A DNA stretch of 64,000 bases from an uncultured Microthrixaceae bacterium (lineage in GTDB: Bacteria; Actinomycetota; Acidimicrobiia; Acidimicrobiales; DATDAH01), in NCBI GenBank assembly GCA_963845425.1, contig CAWJSC010000005.1, forward strand, positions 238,246 through 302,245. The letters are read 5' to 3'. Under the pieces are notes generated by a model. It was not told the DNA's origin. It saw only the letters and a program-made list of their open reading frames with translations, and did no database searches. The first letter of the stretch is position 1; each line of letters begins with the position of its first letter. Both the position numbers and the translations under genes were made by a program. This document shows positions 19,164 to 29,213 of this stretch, piece after piece.

Positions 19164-20045
19164 GTGGCCCGCACCTGCCGTTCCCGTCCCCGTCCGACCC
19201 GCGACCTCGAGGCCCTGGCCCGCCGGCTCGACGCCATCGCCGAGGAGGCCGGCTGGGACGCCCCGCCCCTCCTCGTCGGCCTCACCGACGAGGGGGTGGA
19301 GGACGTCGACCTGCCCGCCCCCGTCCCGGGCTCCTCGGGCACCGACCCCGCCGACCTCGTGGCCTCCCTCGTGGGCTTCGACGCCCCGGCCACCTGGGAC
19401 GCCATGGCCGTGGTCGTCCAGGGCCGATCCTGGGCTCTCGACGACGCGGACGCTGACCCCCGGCCCATTCGGCTGACCCACGTGGTCGACCGCCACGGCG
19501 GCTCGGCGTCGGTCATGCGCCACGCCGGCGAAGAGCCGACCGTCGGCGGCGCCGAGGGCCAGGGTCGCCTCGTCGACGTCTGCCGCCGGGCCCTCGGACT
19601 GGCCACCGCGCCGCCCCCCGAGGAGTCGACGGGCCTGTGGGCCCTGCTGTGGCTCGACGGCCTGCTGGCCCGGGCCGCCCGGGGCGAGAACCTGGCCGGC
19701 CTGGTCGCCGCGGCCCGGGCCCATCCCGCGGTCGAGATGGTGGCCGAGCGCGAGCCCGAGCTGGTCGACGACGCGGCCCACCGCCTTGTCCGGCTCGGCC
19801 GACTGTTCGGCCAGGCCCGGGACTGGCCGCACCTGCGGCAGGCCGCGGCGACGGGCGAGTGGCCCGTCGAGGGCCTCGCCCCCGAGGGGGCGGCGTGGAT
19901 GGACGACGGCATGTTCGCCCGCTGGGTCACCGCCGACTTCCCGCTGCTGGACGACTACCTGGCCGAGCTGGACGCCCTCCTCTCCGAACACGTCATGGCC
20001 GGCGTCCGCGGCGTTCTCGCCCAGTGGGAGCTGCTGGGGCAGTGA
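19164..20045 (+). CDS. Conserved actinobacterial hypothetical protein (possibly PPA1309-like)
   Basis: In-frame GTG at 19164. LARRLDAIAEEAGWDAPPLLVGL and FDAPATWDAMAVVVQG resemble a conserved actinobacterial family. Start is uncertain. Divergent from the previous gene. Confidence 0.45.
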   Translation: MARTCRSRPRPTRDLEALARRLDAIAEEAGWDAPPLLVGLTDEGVEDVDLPAPVPGSSGTDPADLVASLVGFDAPATWDAMAVVVQGRSWALDDADADPRPIRLTHVVDRHGGSASVMRHAGEEPTVGGAEGQGRLVDVCRRALGLATAPPPEESTGLWALLWLDGLLARAARGENLAGLVAAARAHPAVEMVAEREPELVDDAAHRLVRLGRLFGQARDWPHLRQAAATGEWPVEGLAPEGAAWMDDGMFARWVTADFPLLDDYLAELDALLSEHVMAGVRGVLAQWELLGQ

Positions 20046-20050
20046 GCGGC

Positions 20051-21092
20051 CTACTCGACGTCGGGCCAGGTGGCGAAGAGGCGGTTGAGGAGGGCGATGT
20101 TGGTGTCGCTGAGGGTGGCCCAGTCGTAGATGGAGCCACCCACGGCGCCGGTCGCGGCCAGCGTCTCGGTGAAGGCCAGGATGTCCGCCTCGCTGGTCTC
20201 GTCGCCGATCCCGCCGATGCCGTGGACCACCGCGTCGGGGTTGCCCAGGTTCGCCAGGAGCCGTTCCTGGCTCTCTTCGTGGTAGCGGGCGCCGTCGTTG
20301 TAGCCGGAGGACTCGGTGCGCTGGGTCCAGTAGCTCATGGGCAGCCAGATGTCGTAGTGCGGCTCCAGCTCGGCCCACGGGAACCCGGGCCAGAAGTCCG
20401 GGTTCACCACCTCGGTCAGCACGGGCGGCAAGACGATGGCGCTGATCGGCGTCTCCGCCGCGGCCCGATCCAGCCGCCGGGAGAGCTGCAGCAGCTTGGT
20501 GTTGCGACGGGCGGCGTCGGGGACGGCCGTCGGTGTACTCGATGTCCACGCCGATCCCGTCGAGGCGCTGACCGTCGACCTCGTAGTCGAGCAGGTCCTG
20601 CAGGTGGCCCAGGTCGGTGGCCACGCTGGCGAAGGTGGGCAGGTACCAGCCGACCACCGCCATGTCCCGCGCGTGGGCCCGGCGTACGAACTCGTCGAGC
20701 AGGCTCCGGTCGATGAACCCGTCGGGCGAACGCTCGTCGTCCCGGTTGGCCTGGATGTAGAGGGTGTGGACACCGGAGTCGGCCATGGCGTCGATGTCGT
20801 CGGGGGTGACCGCCGGGTCCCCGTCGGTGTAGGCGGGCCCGTAGTCATAGGCGTCGATCCAGGTGCCCAGGCCCTCGTACGCGCCGAGGTCCCGCACGGC
20901 TGCGGGCTCGGGCGGGAGCCGGTCGAGGTCGACGTCGGCGGAGAACAGGCTGCCCCTGGTCAGGAAGCCCACTACGGCGACGGTCGCCACGACGGCCATC
21001 GTCCGCGGGGACGGCACCGTGGGGGCCATCCGTCGACCGTACCGGCGGCCGTCCGGTGTCGAACCGTCGCCCCGTCCGGTGGCTCGCGGCAT
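20051..21092 (-). pseudogene. Membrane-anchored putative glycoside-hydrolase-like protein with one frame break (about 20535)
   Basis: The N-terminal frame has a TM segment MAVVATVAVVGFL, then GTWIDAYDY...HTLYIQANRDDE...GIGVDIEYT. The C-terminal frame continues VPDAARRNTKLLQL...WLPMSYWTQ...GGSIYDW. Confidence 0.5.
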
Positions 21093-21168
21093 CCACCTGT
21101 CGTTCTTCGCGGGTCACCCGCAACGCGTACGGTGACCGCGGGATGGCGATTCCCAGGGGGAGCCCGAG

Positions 21169-22278
21169 ATGAGTGAGGTCGTCTTCGAGGCGGTGACCAA
21201 GCGGTTCGGCGACGTGACCGCCGTGGACGCGCTGACCCTGGACATCGCCGACCAGGAGTTCATGGTCCTGCTCGGGCCCTCCGGCTGCGGCAAGACCACG
21301 GCCCTGCGCATGATCGCCGGCCTCGAGACCGTGAGCGACGGGAAGCTGCGCATCGGCGACCAGGTGGTGAACGACATCGAGGCCAAGGACCGTGACATCG
21401 CCATGGTCTTCCAGAGCTACGCCCTCTACCCGCACATGACCGTGCGGGGGAACATCGAGGTCCCGCTCAAGGCCCGCAAGTACTCCGTGGACGGCAACCA
21501 GGCCCGCAAGCTCACCGGAGCCGAGCGCACCGAGCGGGTCGACGAGGCCGCCCGGATCCTGGGCCTCGAGCCCTACCTGGACCGCAAGCCCGGCGCCCTC
21601 TCCGGCGGTCAGCGCCAGCGGGTGGCCCTGGCTCGGGCCATCGTCCGCCGGCCCGAGGCGTTCCTCATGGACGAGCCGCTGTCCAACCTGGACGCCAAGC
21701 TCCGGGCCCAGACCCGGGTCGAGCTGGTCCAGCTCCACGAGCAGCTGGCCACCACCTTCATCTACGTGACCCACGACCAGATCGAGGCCATGACCATGGC
21801 CGACCGCATCGCCGTCATCGCCGATGGTCGCCTCCAGCAGGTCGGCCCGCCGCAGGCCGTCTACGACCGGCCCCAGAACCTCTTCGTCGCCCGCTTCATC
21901 GGCAGCCCGCCGATGGACGTCGTCGAGGGCACGGTCACCTCGTCCACCCCCACCGAGGCGACCATCGACCTCGGCGAGGCCGGGTCGATCCCGGCCGCCG
22001 TCGCCGGCGGCCGGCCCCTCGCCGAGGGTCGGCGGGTCGCGGTCGGCATCCGGCCCGAGCACCTCACGCTCGGCTCCGGCGGTCTCCGGGGCGCGGTGAA
22101 GGTCGTCGAGTCCCTGGGCCACGAGCGCCACCTCTTCGTCGACCTCTGCGGCAACAACATCATCTGCCGCCAGTCCTCCGAGGACGCCGCCCCGGCCATC
22201 GGCGAGCGGGTCGAGCTGCTGGTCAGGCCCGAGCACGTCCACCTCTTCGATCCCGAGAGCTCCGAGCGGGTCAACTGA
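21169..22278 (+). CDS. Carbohydrate ABC transporter ATP-binding protein (MalK/UgpC/MsiK type)
   Basis: Walker A GPSGCGKTT, signature LSGGQRQRVALAR, Walker B FLMDEPLSNLD, C-terminal regulatory domain. Confidence 0.9.
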   Translation: MSEVVFEAVTKRFGDVTAVDALTLDIADQEFMVLLGPSGCGKTTALRMIAGLETVSDGKLRIGDQVVNDIEAKDRDIAMVFQSYALYPHMTVRGNIEVPLKARKYSVDGNQARKLTGAERTERVDEAARILGLEPYLDRKPGALSGGQRQRVALARAIVRRPEAFLMDEPLSNLDAKLRAQTRVELVQLHEQLATTFIYVTHDQIEAMTMADRIAVIADGRLQQVGPPQAVYDRPQNLFVARFIGSPPMDVVEGTVTSSTPTEATIDLGEAGSIPAAVAGGRPLAEGRRVAVGIRPEHLTLGSGGLRGAVKVVESLGHERHLFVDLCGNNIICRQSSEDAAPAIGERVELLVRPEHVHLFDPESSERVN

Positions 22279-23141
22279 TGCGGAAGGGCCGCCTCAAGGA
22301 GTCGGGCCTGGCCCTGGCCTTCCTCGCCCCCTCCCTGGTCATCTTCGGGGCGTTCTTCTTCTACCCGATCGTCCGCATCGTCTACTGGGGCTTCTACCAA
22401 CAGAACCGGCTGGGCACCGAGATGCGGTGGGTGGGCTGGAGCCAGTACCAGGACGTCCTCACCGGTGAGGACTTCCTCGACGGCCTGAAGACCACCCTGC
22501 TCTACGTCGTCTACACCGTGCCCGCCGGCTTGATCCTCGGTGTCGCCCTGGCGATGGTCGCCCACCGCAAGCTCAAGGGCATCAAGGTCTTCCACACGAT
22601 CTTCAGCTCGACGGTGGCCACGTCGGTCGCGGTCGCCTCGGTCATCTGGCTGGTGCTCATCAACCCGACCCAGGGCTACTTCCCGGTCGACTGGCTGTCG
22701 GACCCGAGCCGGGGTCCGGGGGGTGCGCTCTTCGGCGTGTCGATCTCGTCCATCTGGCAGAACCTGGGCCTGACCTTCATCATCGTGCTGGCCGGCCTGC
22801 AGGCCGTGCCCGACGAGTTGATGGAGGCGGCCACGGTCGACGGCATGAGCGCCGCCCGCCGCTTCTTCACCGTCACCCTGCCCCTGCTCACGCCGACCCT
22901 GCTCTTCCTCGTCGTGGTGCTGACCGTGTTCGCCTTCCAGGCCTTCGCCCAGATCGACATCCTCACCTCGGGCGGTCCGGCGGGCTCGACCGAGACCCTC
23001 GTCTACAAGATCTTCCAGAACCAGGCCCCCAGCGACCTCGGGGTGGGCTCGGTCATGGCCGTGGGCCTGTTCGCGATCACCTTCATCGTGGCCTTGGCCC
23101 AGTTCCTCATCCTGGAGCGGCGGGTGCACTATGGCCGCTGA
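22278..23141 (+). CDS. Carbohydrate ABC transporter permease
   Basis: 287 aa, multi-TM, EAA-loop region DELMEAATVDGMSAARRFFTVTLP. Confidence 0.9.
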   Translation: MRKGRLKESGLALAFLAPSLVIFGAFFFYPIVRIVYWGFYQQNRLGTEMRWVGWSQYQDVLTGEDFLDGLKTTLLYVVYTVPAGLILGVALAMVAHRKLKGIKVFHTIFSSTVATSVAVASVIWLVLINPTQGYFPVDWLSDPSRGPGGALFGVSISSIWQNLGLTFIIVLAGLQAVPDELMEAATVDGMSAARRFFTVTLPLLTPTLLFLVVVLTVFAFQAFAQIDILTSGGPAGSTETLVYKIFQNQAPSDLGVGSVMAVGLFAITFIVALAQFLILERRVHYGR

Positions 23142-24048
23142 CGCCTTGGGCCCGGACCTGGAGCTCGAGGTCGCCCCGGCGGTCCTCGGCGGCGACACGG
23201 TCGTCGGCTCGGACCGCCCCGGCCGGCGCACGCACGGCATCAAGCAGGCCGGGTGGTACGGGCTGCTCGGCGGGCTCTCGCTGATCGTGCTCTTCCCGAT
23301 ATGGATGACCCTGGTGCGGGCCCTGTCCACCCCGATCGCCTACATCGACGCCGGCCAGCCCGTCACCCCCGTCGAGCCCCAGTGGGACGTCTTCTCGCGG
23401 GCCTGGACCGAGGGCGAGCTGGCCCAGAAGTTCGCCATCACCATCGTGGTCACCCTGATCATCACGGTGGCCCAGGTGGGCACGTCGCTGCTGGCCGCCT
23501 ACGCCTTCGTGTTCCTGCGCTTCCCGCTGCGGGGGCCGCTGTTCGCGCTGTTCATGGCCACCCTCATGCTGCCCATCGAGGTCACGCTGCTGGTCAACGC
23601 CGTGACCATCCGCAACCTCGGATGGCTGGACAGCTTCCAGGGCCTGACCGCACCGTTCCTGGCGGCGGCGTTCGGCACCTTCCTGCTGCGGCAGGGCTTC
23701 CTGGGGATCCCCATGGACCTGCGCGACGCGGCGGAGCTGGACGGCCTCGGCCACCTCGGCTTCCTGCGCCGGGTCGCCATCCCCGTGACCCGGCCGATCA
23801 TCGCCAGCTTCACCCTGGTCGCCTTCCTGGCCGCCTGGAACCAGTACACGTGGCCCCGGGTGGCGGTCACCCAGCAGGACTGGGAGACGATCCAGATCGC
23901 GCTCAAGGGGCTGGCCGCCCGCAACATCGACCAGCTCAACATCGGCTTCGCCGCCGCCATCATCGCCGCCGTGCCGATCCTGATCCTGCTGCTGGCCTTC
24001 CAGAAGCACATCGTCCGGGGCCTGACCGCCGGCGCGGTGAAGGGGTGA
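23131..24048 (+). CDS. Carbohydrate ABC transporter permease
   Basis: Multi-TM, EAA-loop DLRDAAELDGLGHLGFLRRVAIP. Overlaps the upstream permease gene by 11 nt. Confidence 0.85.
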   Translation: MAADALGPDLELEVAPAVLGGDTVVGSDRPGRRTHGIKQAGWYGLLGGLSLIVLFPIWMTLVRALSTPIAYIDAGQPVTPVEPQWDVFSRAWTEGELAQKFAITIVVTLIITVAQVGTSLLAAYAFVFLRFPLRGPLFALFMATLMLPIEVTLLVNAVTIRNLGWLDSFQGLTAPFLAAAFGTFLLRQGFLGIPMDLRDAAELDGLGHLGFLRRVAIPVTRPIIASFTLVAFLAAWNQYTWPRVAVTQQDWETIQIALKGLAARNIDQLNIGFAAAIIAAVPILILLLAFQKHIVRGLTAGAVKG

Positions 24049-24076
24049 CGCCCGTTCGGGCCGGCCGCGCGGGAGC

Positions 24077-25546
24077 ATGAGGTCCGTGCGCCGTCCCCTG
24101 ACCGCCGTCGTCCTCCTCGGCGCCGCCGCTCTGATCGCCTCGGCCTGTGGCCCCGCCGGTGGCGGGGCGCTGACCTACGCCACCGAGTGCCCGGTCGATG
24201 CGCTCGACACCGCGGACGGGACCGTCGACATCACCCTCTGGCACAGCTATGTGGGCCTGACCGAGCAGACCCTCAACGACATCGCCGACACCTACAACGC
24301 CAGTCAGGACCGGGTGCACGTCGACGTCCAGAGCCAGGGCGTGGGCTACGCCGAGCTGCAACGGGCCTACGAGCGGGCCATCCCCGCCGACGACCTGCCC
24401 GACATCGCCATCCTCGAGGACACCTACACCCAGAGCCTGGCCGACCTCGGCACGGTCCTGCCCGCCGCCCAGTGCGCCGAGGCCGACGGCTACACCGATT
24501 TCCAGGACGAGTTCCTGCCCATCACCACGGACTACTACTCGGTGCCGGGGACGGTGAACGGCGAGGAGACCGATGTCCTGCTCCCCGGATCGGTGAACCT
24601 GGCCACCGCGCTCCTCTACTACAACCGGGACCACTTCGAGGCGGCCGGCCTCGACCCCGATGACCCGCCCCAGACCCTCGACGAACTGGCCGACGCGGCC
24701 CGGGCGATCAAGGACGCCGGGGTCTCCGATCGCCCCTTCGTCTGGAACATGCAGCCGTGGATGGTCGAGTTCTGGCTGACCGGGGCCGGCGCGCCGCTGG
24801 TCGACAACGACAACGGCCGGGACCTGGACGGCGCCGAGGCGTCGGCCTTCGACAACCCCACGACCCACCGGCTGTTCGAGTTCATGGACCAGATGCAGGA
24901 GGAGGGCCTCATCAATGCCCTGCCCGGCACCGACGCCCAGTTCGACCACTACTTCGCCATGGGTCTCGAAGAGGCCTCGATGACCGTCGAGACCTCGACC
25001 GCGGTCACCACCATCAACGCCGTGCTCGAGGGCACCGCCTCGGGCGAGGACCTCGGCCTGGGCGACCTGGAGCTGCCCGAGATCGACGTGAACCTGGACG
25101 CCGCCGAGTTCCCGGGCCTGGACGCCCCGGGCCAGGGCCAGATGGGTGGCGGGGTCTGGTACATCGCCTCCACGGTCACCTCCGAGCGGCAGGCCGCGGC
25201 CTGGGACTTCATGAAGTACGTCAACGAGCCCGAGCAGCAGGCGCTGTGGCACACCCAGGGCTCGTACCTGCCGTCCCGGGGAGACGTGGCCGAGGACCCC
25301 GAGATCCAGCGCTTCTGGGAGGAGACCCGCCCAGGCCGGTGGCTCCGGAAGGCCTTCACCCTCGCCGAGGGGCTGAACCCCGACTTCCCCGGCCCGCTGA
25401 TCGGCCCCTACCGGGAGGTGCGCAATGCCGTGGGTGACGCCCTCGACCGGATGATGTTCGACGGCATGAGCCCGGCGGAGACCATCGCCGAGGCCGACGA
25501 CGACATCAATGCCGCCATCGTCCGCTACAACGAGGTCAACTTCTGA
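24077..25546 (+). CDS. ABC transporter extracellular solute-binding lipoprotein (family 1)
   Basis: Lipobox-like LGAAALIASAC. 489 aa, last gene of the ATPase-permease-permease-SBP array. Confidence 0.85.
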   Translation: MRSVRRPLTAVVLLGAAALIASACGPAGGGALTYATECPVDALDTADGTVDITLWHSYVGLTEQTLNDIADTYNASQDRVHVDVQSQGVGYAELQRAYERAIPADDLPDIAILEDTYTQSLADLGTVLPAAQCAEADGYTDFQDEFLPITTDYYSVPGTVNGEETDVLLPGSVNLATALLYYNRDHFEAAGLDPDDPPQTLDELADAARAIKDAGVSDRPFVWNMQPWMVEFWLTGAGAPLVDNDNGRDLDGAEASAFDNPTTHRLFEFMDQMQEEGLINALPGTDAQFDHYFAMGLEEASMTVETSTAVTTINAVLEGTASGEDLGLGDLELPEIDVNLDAAEFPGLDAPGQGQMGGGVWYIASTVTSERQAAAWDFMKYVNEPEQQALWHTQGSYLPSRGDVAEDPEIQRFWEETRPGRWLRKAFTLAEGLNPDFPGPLIGPYREVRNAVGDALDRMMFDGMSPAETIAEADDDINAAIVRYNEVNF

Positions 25547-25703
25547 CGGTGGTCGCGCACCGGCGGGCTGTCCGGGCGGGTGGGGCTCAGGAGTCGGTGA
25601 ACTCGACCGAGGCGATCAGGGGGTCAATCGTCGCCGTCCCCGGCGTCGTCGACGGGGCCGATGAGGCGGCGGTGCGGCTGCCGGCCGGGCACCGGTCCCA
25701 CGC

Positions 25704-26459
25704 TCAGTCCGGGGCGGGCTCCTCGCCGGAGGCGACGAGGGCGGCGCCGACGATGCCCGCTTGGTTGCGGAGCTCGGCGGGGACGACCTCGGCCCGCACG
25801 TCCAGGTAGGCGGCGAACTTGTCGAACTTGCGGCTGACCCCGCCGCCGATGACGAAGCGGTCGGGGGTGAAGAGCAGCTCCAGGTGGTGGAGGTAGCGGT
25901 TCACGCGGCCGCCCCAGTCCTCCCAGGAGAGGTCCTCGTCGTCGCGTACGGCGGCGGCGGCATAGGCCTCGGCGGCGCCGCCTTCCAGCTGGAGGTGGCC
26001 GAACTCGGTGTTGGGCACCAGCTCGCCGCGGTGGAGGAGGGCCGAACCGATGCCGGTGCCGAAGGTGAGGACGAGGACGACGCCGTGCTGCCCGCGGGCC
26101 GCGCCGTAGTGGGTCTCGGCGAGTCCGGCGGCGTCCGCGTCGTTGAGCACGATCACCGGTCGGCCGACGGCGGCGGAGAAGACGTGGGCGGCGTCGGTGC
26201 CGACCCAGCTCTTGTCCATGTTCGCCGCACTGCGGATGACGCCGTGCTGGACGATGCCGGGGAACGTGCAGCCGATGGTCCCCTCGGTGGGGAAGCGCTC
26301 GACGACCGCCTTGAAGGCACCGGTCACCGCCCGGGGCGTGGCCGGCTGGGGTGTCTCCAGCCGGAAGCGCTCGGCGGTGAACTCGGCCGTGGCCAGGTCG
26401 ACGGGCGCGCCCTTGACCCCGCTGCCCCCGATGTCGACCCCCAGCACCGGCCCGGTCAT
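25704..26459 (-). CDS. ppgK: Polyphosphate glucokinase (ROK family)
   Basis: [14 protein letters not shown]-terminal ATPase motif, [25 protein letters not shown]. Typical size and pattern for actinobacterial PpgK. Confidence 0.85.
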   Translation of the reverse strand: MTGPVLGVDIGGSGVKGAPVDLATAEFTAERFRLETPQPATPRAVTGAFKAVVERFPTEGTIGCTFPGIVQHGVIRSAANMDKSWVGTDAAHVFSAAVGRPVIVLNDADAAGLAETHYGAARGQHGVVLVLTFGTGIGSALLHRGELVPNTEFGHLQLEGGAAEAYAAAAVRDDEDLSWEDWGGRVNRYLHHLELLFTPDRFVIGGGVSRKFDKFAAYLDVRAEVVPAELRNQAGIVGAALVASGEEPAPD

Positions 26460-26478
26460 GCCCGACCCCTCCGACCCA

Positions 26479-26532
26479 TCCGAAATTGCGTCGATTTGTC
26501 ACGCTGAGCGTGACAAATCAGCGCCAGAACGC
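26479..26532. repeat. 54-nt palindromic element, B/A chimera
   Basis: tccgAAATTGCGTCGATTTGTCACGC-tga-GCGTGACAAATCAGCGCCAGAACgc. The left arm is variant-B-like and the right arm ends in the variant-A terminus GCGCCAGAAC. Confidence 0.85.
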
Positions 26533-26544
26533 CGGCGGTCGCCA

Positions 26545-27475
26545 TCACTTGACCAGGGTCGGGGCGACGGGGCTGCCGGCGCCCCGGGTGAAGGGGAGGG
26601 GGGTGGCGGTGAGGAGGCCGTCGTACTGGCCGTCGGCCGCGCAGTCCTCGGCCAGGTCGTCCAGGAACCAGAGCTGGCCCTGCAGCAGCCCCATGTCCCG
26701 CAGGTGCAGCAGGTGTACCGGCAGCAGGACGGCGGGGTCCTCGCACGGGAAGCACTCGAACACCAGCGTGTCGGTGGCCACGGCGGCCACGTCGTGGTCC
26801 CGCAGCCACTCGACGGACTGGGTCGACAGCCCCGGGCTGGGGTTGGCGAACCGCAGCTTGTCGCCCTGGGCGAGGAAGGCCATCTGGCCGGTGCGGACCA
26901 TGAGGACGTCGCCGGGCTGCACGTCGATGACGCCGAGGGCGGCGGCCTCGTCCAGGTCGTCGCCGGTGATGGGGTGGCCGTCGTCGAAGCGTGTCGACGC
27001 CGAGGGCGCGGGCCACGTCCAGCAGGACGCCCCGGCTGACCAGCGGCCCGACGGTGTCGATGCCGAGGCGGTGGCAGCCCGCCTCGTCGACCTCGGCGAA
27101 GGGGACGTCGTTGTAGTACCGCTCCTCGTAGCCGGCGTGGGCCAGGGAGTCCCAGTGGGTGGCGGCCTGGATGCCCATGCTCACCCGGTCGTCGGTGGCG
27201 CAGAAGTCGGCGGTGTCGCCGGTGTAGGACTGGTTGACGGCGATCATCGTGCGCTCGGGGTTGTCCCGGCCGGGGATCATCCCGGTCTGGGGGCCGTCCT
27301 CGTCGAAGGGGATGGCCAGGCTGAAGGCCTTCCCCTGCTTGGCGGCGGCCACCCCCCGCAGGACGGCGGCCTGGTCGATCAGGTTGAGCGTGCCCCGCTG
27401 GTCGTCCTCACCCCAGCGTCCCCAGTTGGAGACACGGGCGGCCAGGTCCTTGAGGTGCGGCGGCAGTGCCATCAC
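26545..27475 (-). pseudogene. Putative cyclase family protein (kynurenine-formamidase-like fold) with one frame break (about 26990)
   Basis: N-terminal frame SNWGRWGEDDQRGTLN...ATHWDSLAH...VSRGVLLDVARALGVDTL. C-terminal frame QPGDVLMVRTGQ...DHDVAAVATD...LPVHLLHLRDMG. Confidence 0.65.
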
Positions 27476-27538
27476 CCCAGCCTCGCGCGCCGGTGGTCGC
27501 CGCCGGACACCGGCGGGCCCGGCACCTACCGTGACGCC

Positions 27539-28480
27539 ATGAGCGAGACACCGGAGGGCTTCGACGCCCTCGACTTCGGGATGACCTTCGCCGGGCCCCT
27601 GTCCTTCGCCCGGCTGCCCACCCGGGCCGAGCCCGGGACGCCGAGATCGCCGTGGTCGGGGTCCCGTTCGACCTCGGCACCACCAACCGGTCGGGGACCC
27701 GCCTGGGCCCGCGGGCGATCCGGGAGGAGTCGAGCCTGGCGGGGGAGTTCCCCGAGGGGCTGTGGCCCTGGGACCACGACGTGCGGGAGCGCTTCCGCAT
27801 CGTGGACCTCGGCGACATCGGCTTCTCGATCCCGTCGGTCGACTCGATGCTCAGCCAGGTCACGGCGCGGGCGTCGGCGCTGGCGGCGGCGGGCATCTCG
27901 GTCCTCGGCCTGGGCGGCGACCACCTCGTGGCCTACCCGCTCCTGCGGGCCCAGGCCGAGCACCACGGGCCGCTGTCGCTGGTCCACCTCGACGCCCACT
28001 CCGACACGTGGCCCGATGACGGCAACGTCAACCACGGCTCCATGTTCCGGCGGGCGGCCGACGAGGGACTGGTGGACCCGGCCCGGTCGGTCCAGATCGG
28101 GATGCGGACCCCCAACGAGACCTACGGCTTCAACGTGATCCACGCCGACGAGCTGTTCTCGCTCGGCGTCGACGCCGTGGTCGCCCGATGCCACGAGATC
28201 GTCGGCGATCGGCCCACGTACCTCACCGTCGACATCGACTTCCTCGACCCCGCCTACGCCCCGGGGACGGGCACCCCCGTCATCGGCGGGCCGACCACCT
28301 GGGAGGCCCGGCGACTGCTGCTCGGCTTGGACGGCCTCGACATCGTCGCCGCCGACCTGGTCGAGGTCGCCCCGCCCTACGACCACAGCGGCGATCACGG
28401 CCCTGGCCGGGGCCACGCTCGCCATCGACGAGCTCCACCTGCTGGGTGCCGCCCGCACGGCTCGGGCCGCCCGGGGCTGA
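27539..28480 (+). pseudogene. Agmatinase/arginase (ureohydrolase) family protein with two frame breaks (about 27636 and about 28392)
   Basis: DAEIAVVGVPFDLGTTNRSGTRLGPRAIR, GGDH, HLDAHSD, TVDIDFLDPAYAPGTGTP. The N-terminus (MSETPEGFDAL...) and C-terminus (ITALAGATLAIDELHLLG) lie in other frames. Confidence 0.7.
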
Positions 28481-28526
28481 CGGCGGCCGTTCGTCCCCGG
28501 CGGTCCGGCGCGAGCATGATGCGGCG

Positions 28527-29213
28527 ATGGACACCATGGCCGGCGTGGAGCTCGACCCCGACGATCCCGCCACCCGACTGGCGGACGAGCTGCGGGGCGC
28601 CATCGAGGAGCTGAGCTCGGTGGCCCATGACCCCGAGCGGGTGGCCCAGGCCATCGAGATGGCCGCCGAGCTGCGGACGTTCCTCGACGGCCCCCGGGCG
28701 CCCCGCTGGTACGAGGCCGGTGCGGTGGCCGGCGTGCTCGACGAACAGAGCGGCACGGCCTTCCAGAAGCAGAGCCTGTTCCGGGGCGCCCACAACCCGC
28801 TGGCCCCGCCGATGGCGATGGACGTCGTCGAGGACGAGGACGGCCGCCGCATCGAGTCGAGGGTCACCCTCGGCCTGGCCTACGAGGGGCCGCCCCACGG
28901 CGTCCACGGCGGCTACGTGGCGGGGATGTTCGACGACGTGCTCGGCGCCACCCAGCGGCTGATGGAGAAGCCGGGGGTGACCGGGCGCCTGACCGTCCAC
29001 TACCGCCACATCACCCCCATCGAGGAGGAGCTGACGCTGCGGGCCTGGGTGACCGAGGACGAGGGCCGCCGCATCGTGGCCAAGGCCACCTGCCACGCCG
29101 GTGACCTGCTCACCGCCGAGGCCGAGGCCCTCTTCATCCGGGTCGACTTCACCGAGGTCATGGACCGCATGGCCGCAAGGCGCGACCCGACATCCGACCG
29201 TTCTGGCGCCTGA
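28527..29213 (+). CDS. PaaI-family hot-dog thioesterase
   Basis: GPPHGVHGGYVAGMFDDVLG and TGRLTVHYRHITP are hot-dog thioesterase features. The last residues (SGA) and the TGA stop lie inside the palindromic element. Confidence 0.7.
   Translation: MDTMAGVELDPDDPATRLADELRGAIEELSSVAHDPERVAQAIEMAAELRTFLDGPRAPRWYEAGAVAGVLDEQSGTAFQKQSLFRGAHNPLAPPMAMDVVEDEDGRRIESRVTLGLAYEGPPHGVHGGYVAGMFDDVLGATQRLMEKPGVTGRLTVHYRHITPIEEELTLRAWVTEDEGRRIVAKATCHAGDLLTAEAEALFIRVDFTEVMDRMAARRDPTSDRSGA

Noticed and set aside
25549-25809. 86-aa plus-strand ORF in the convergent gap between the sugar-binding protein and ppgK
   Set aside because: It largely overlaps the ppgK 3' end on the opposite strand, its composition is shadow-like, and it has no recognisable motifs.
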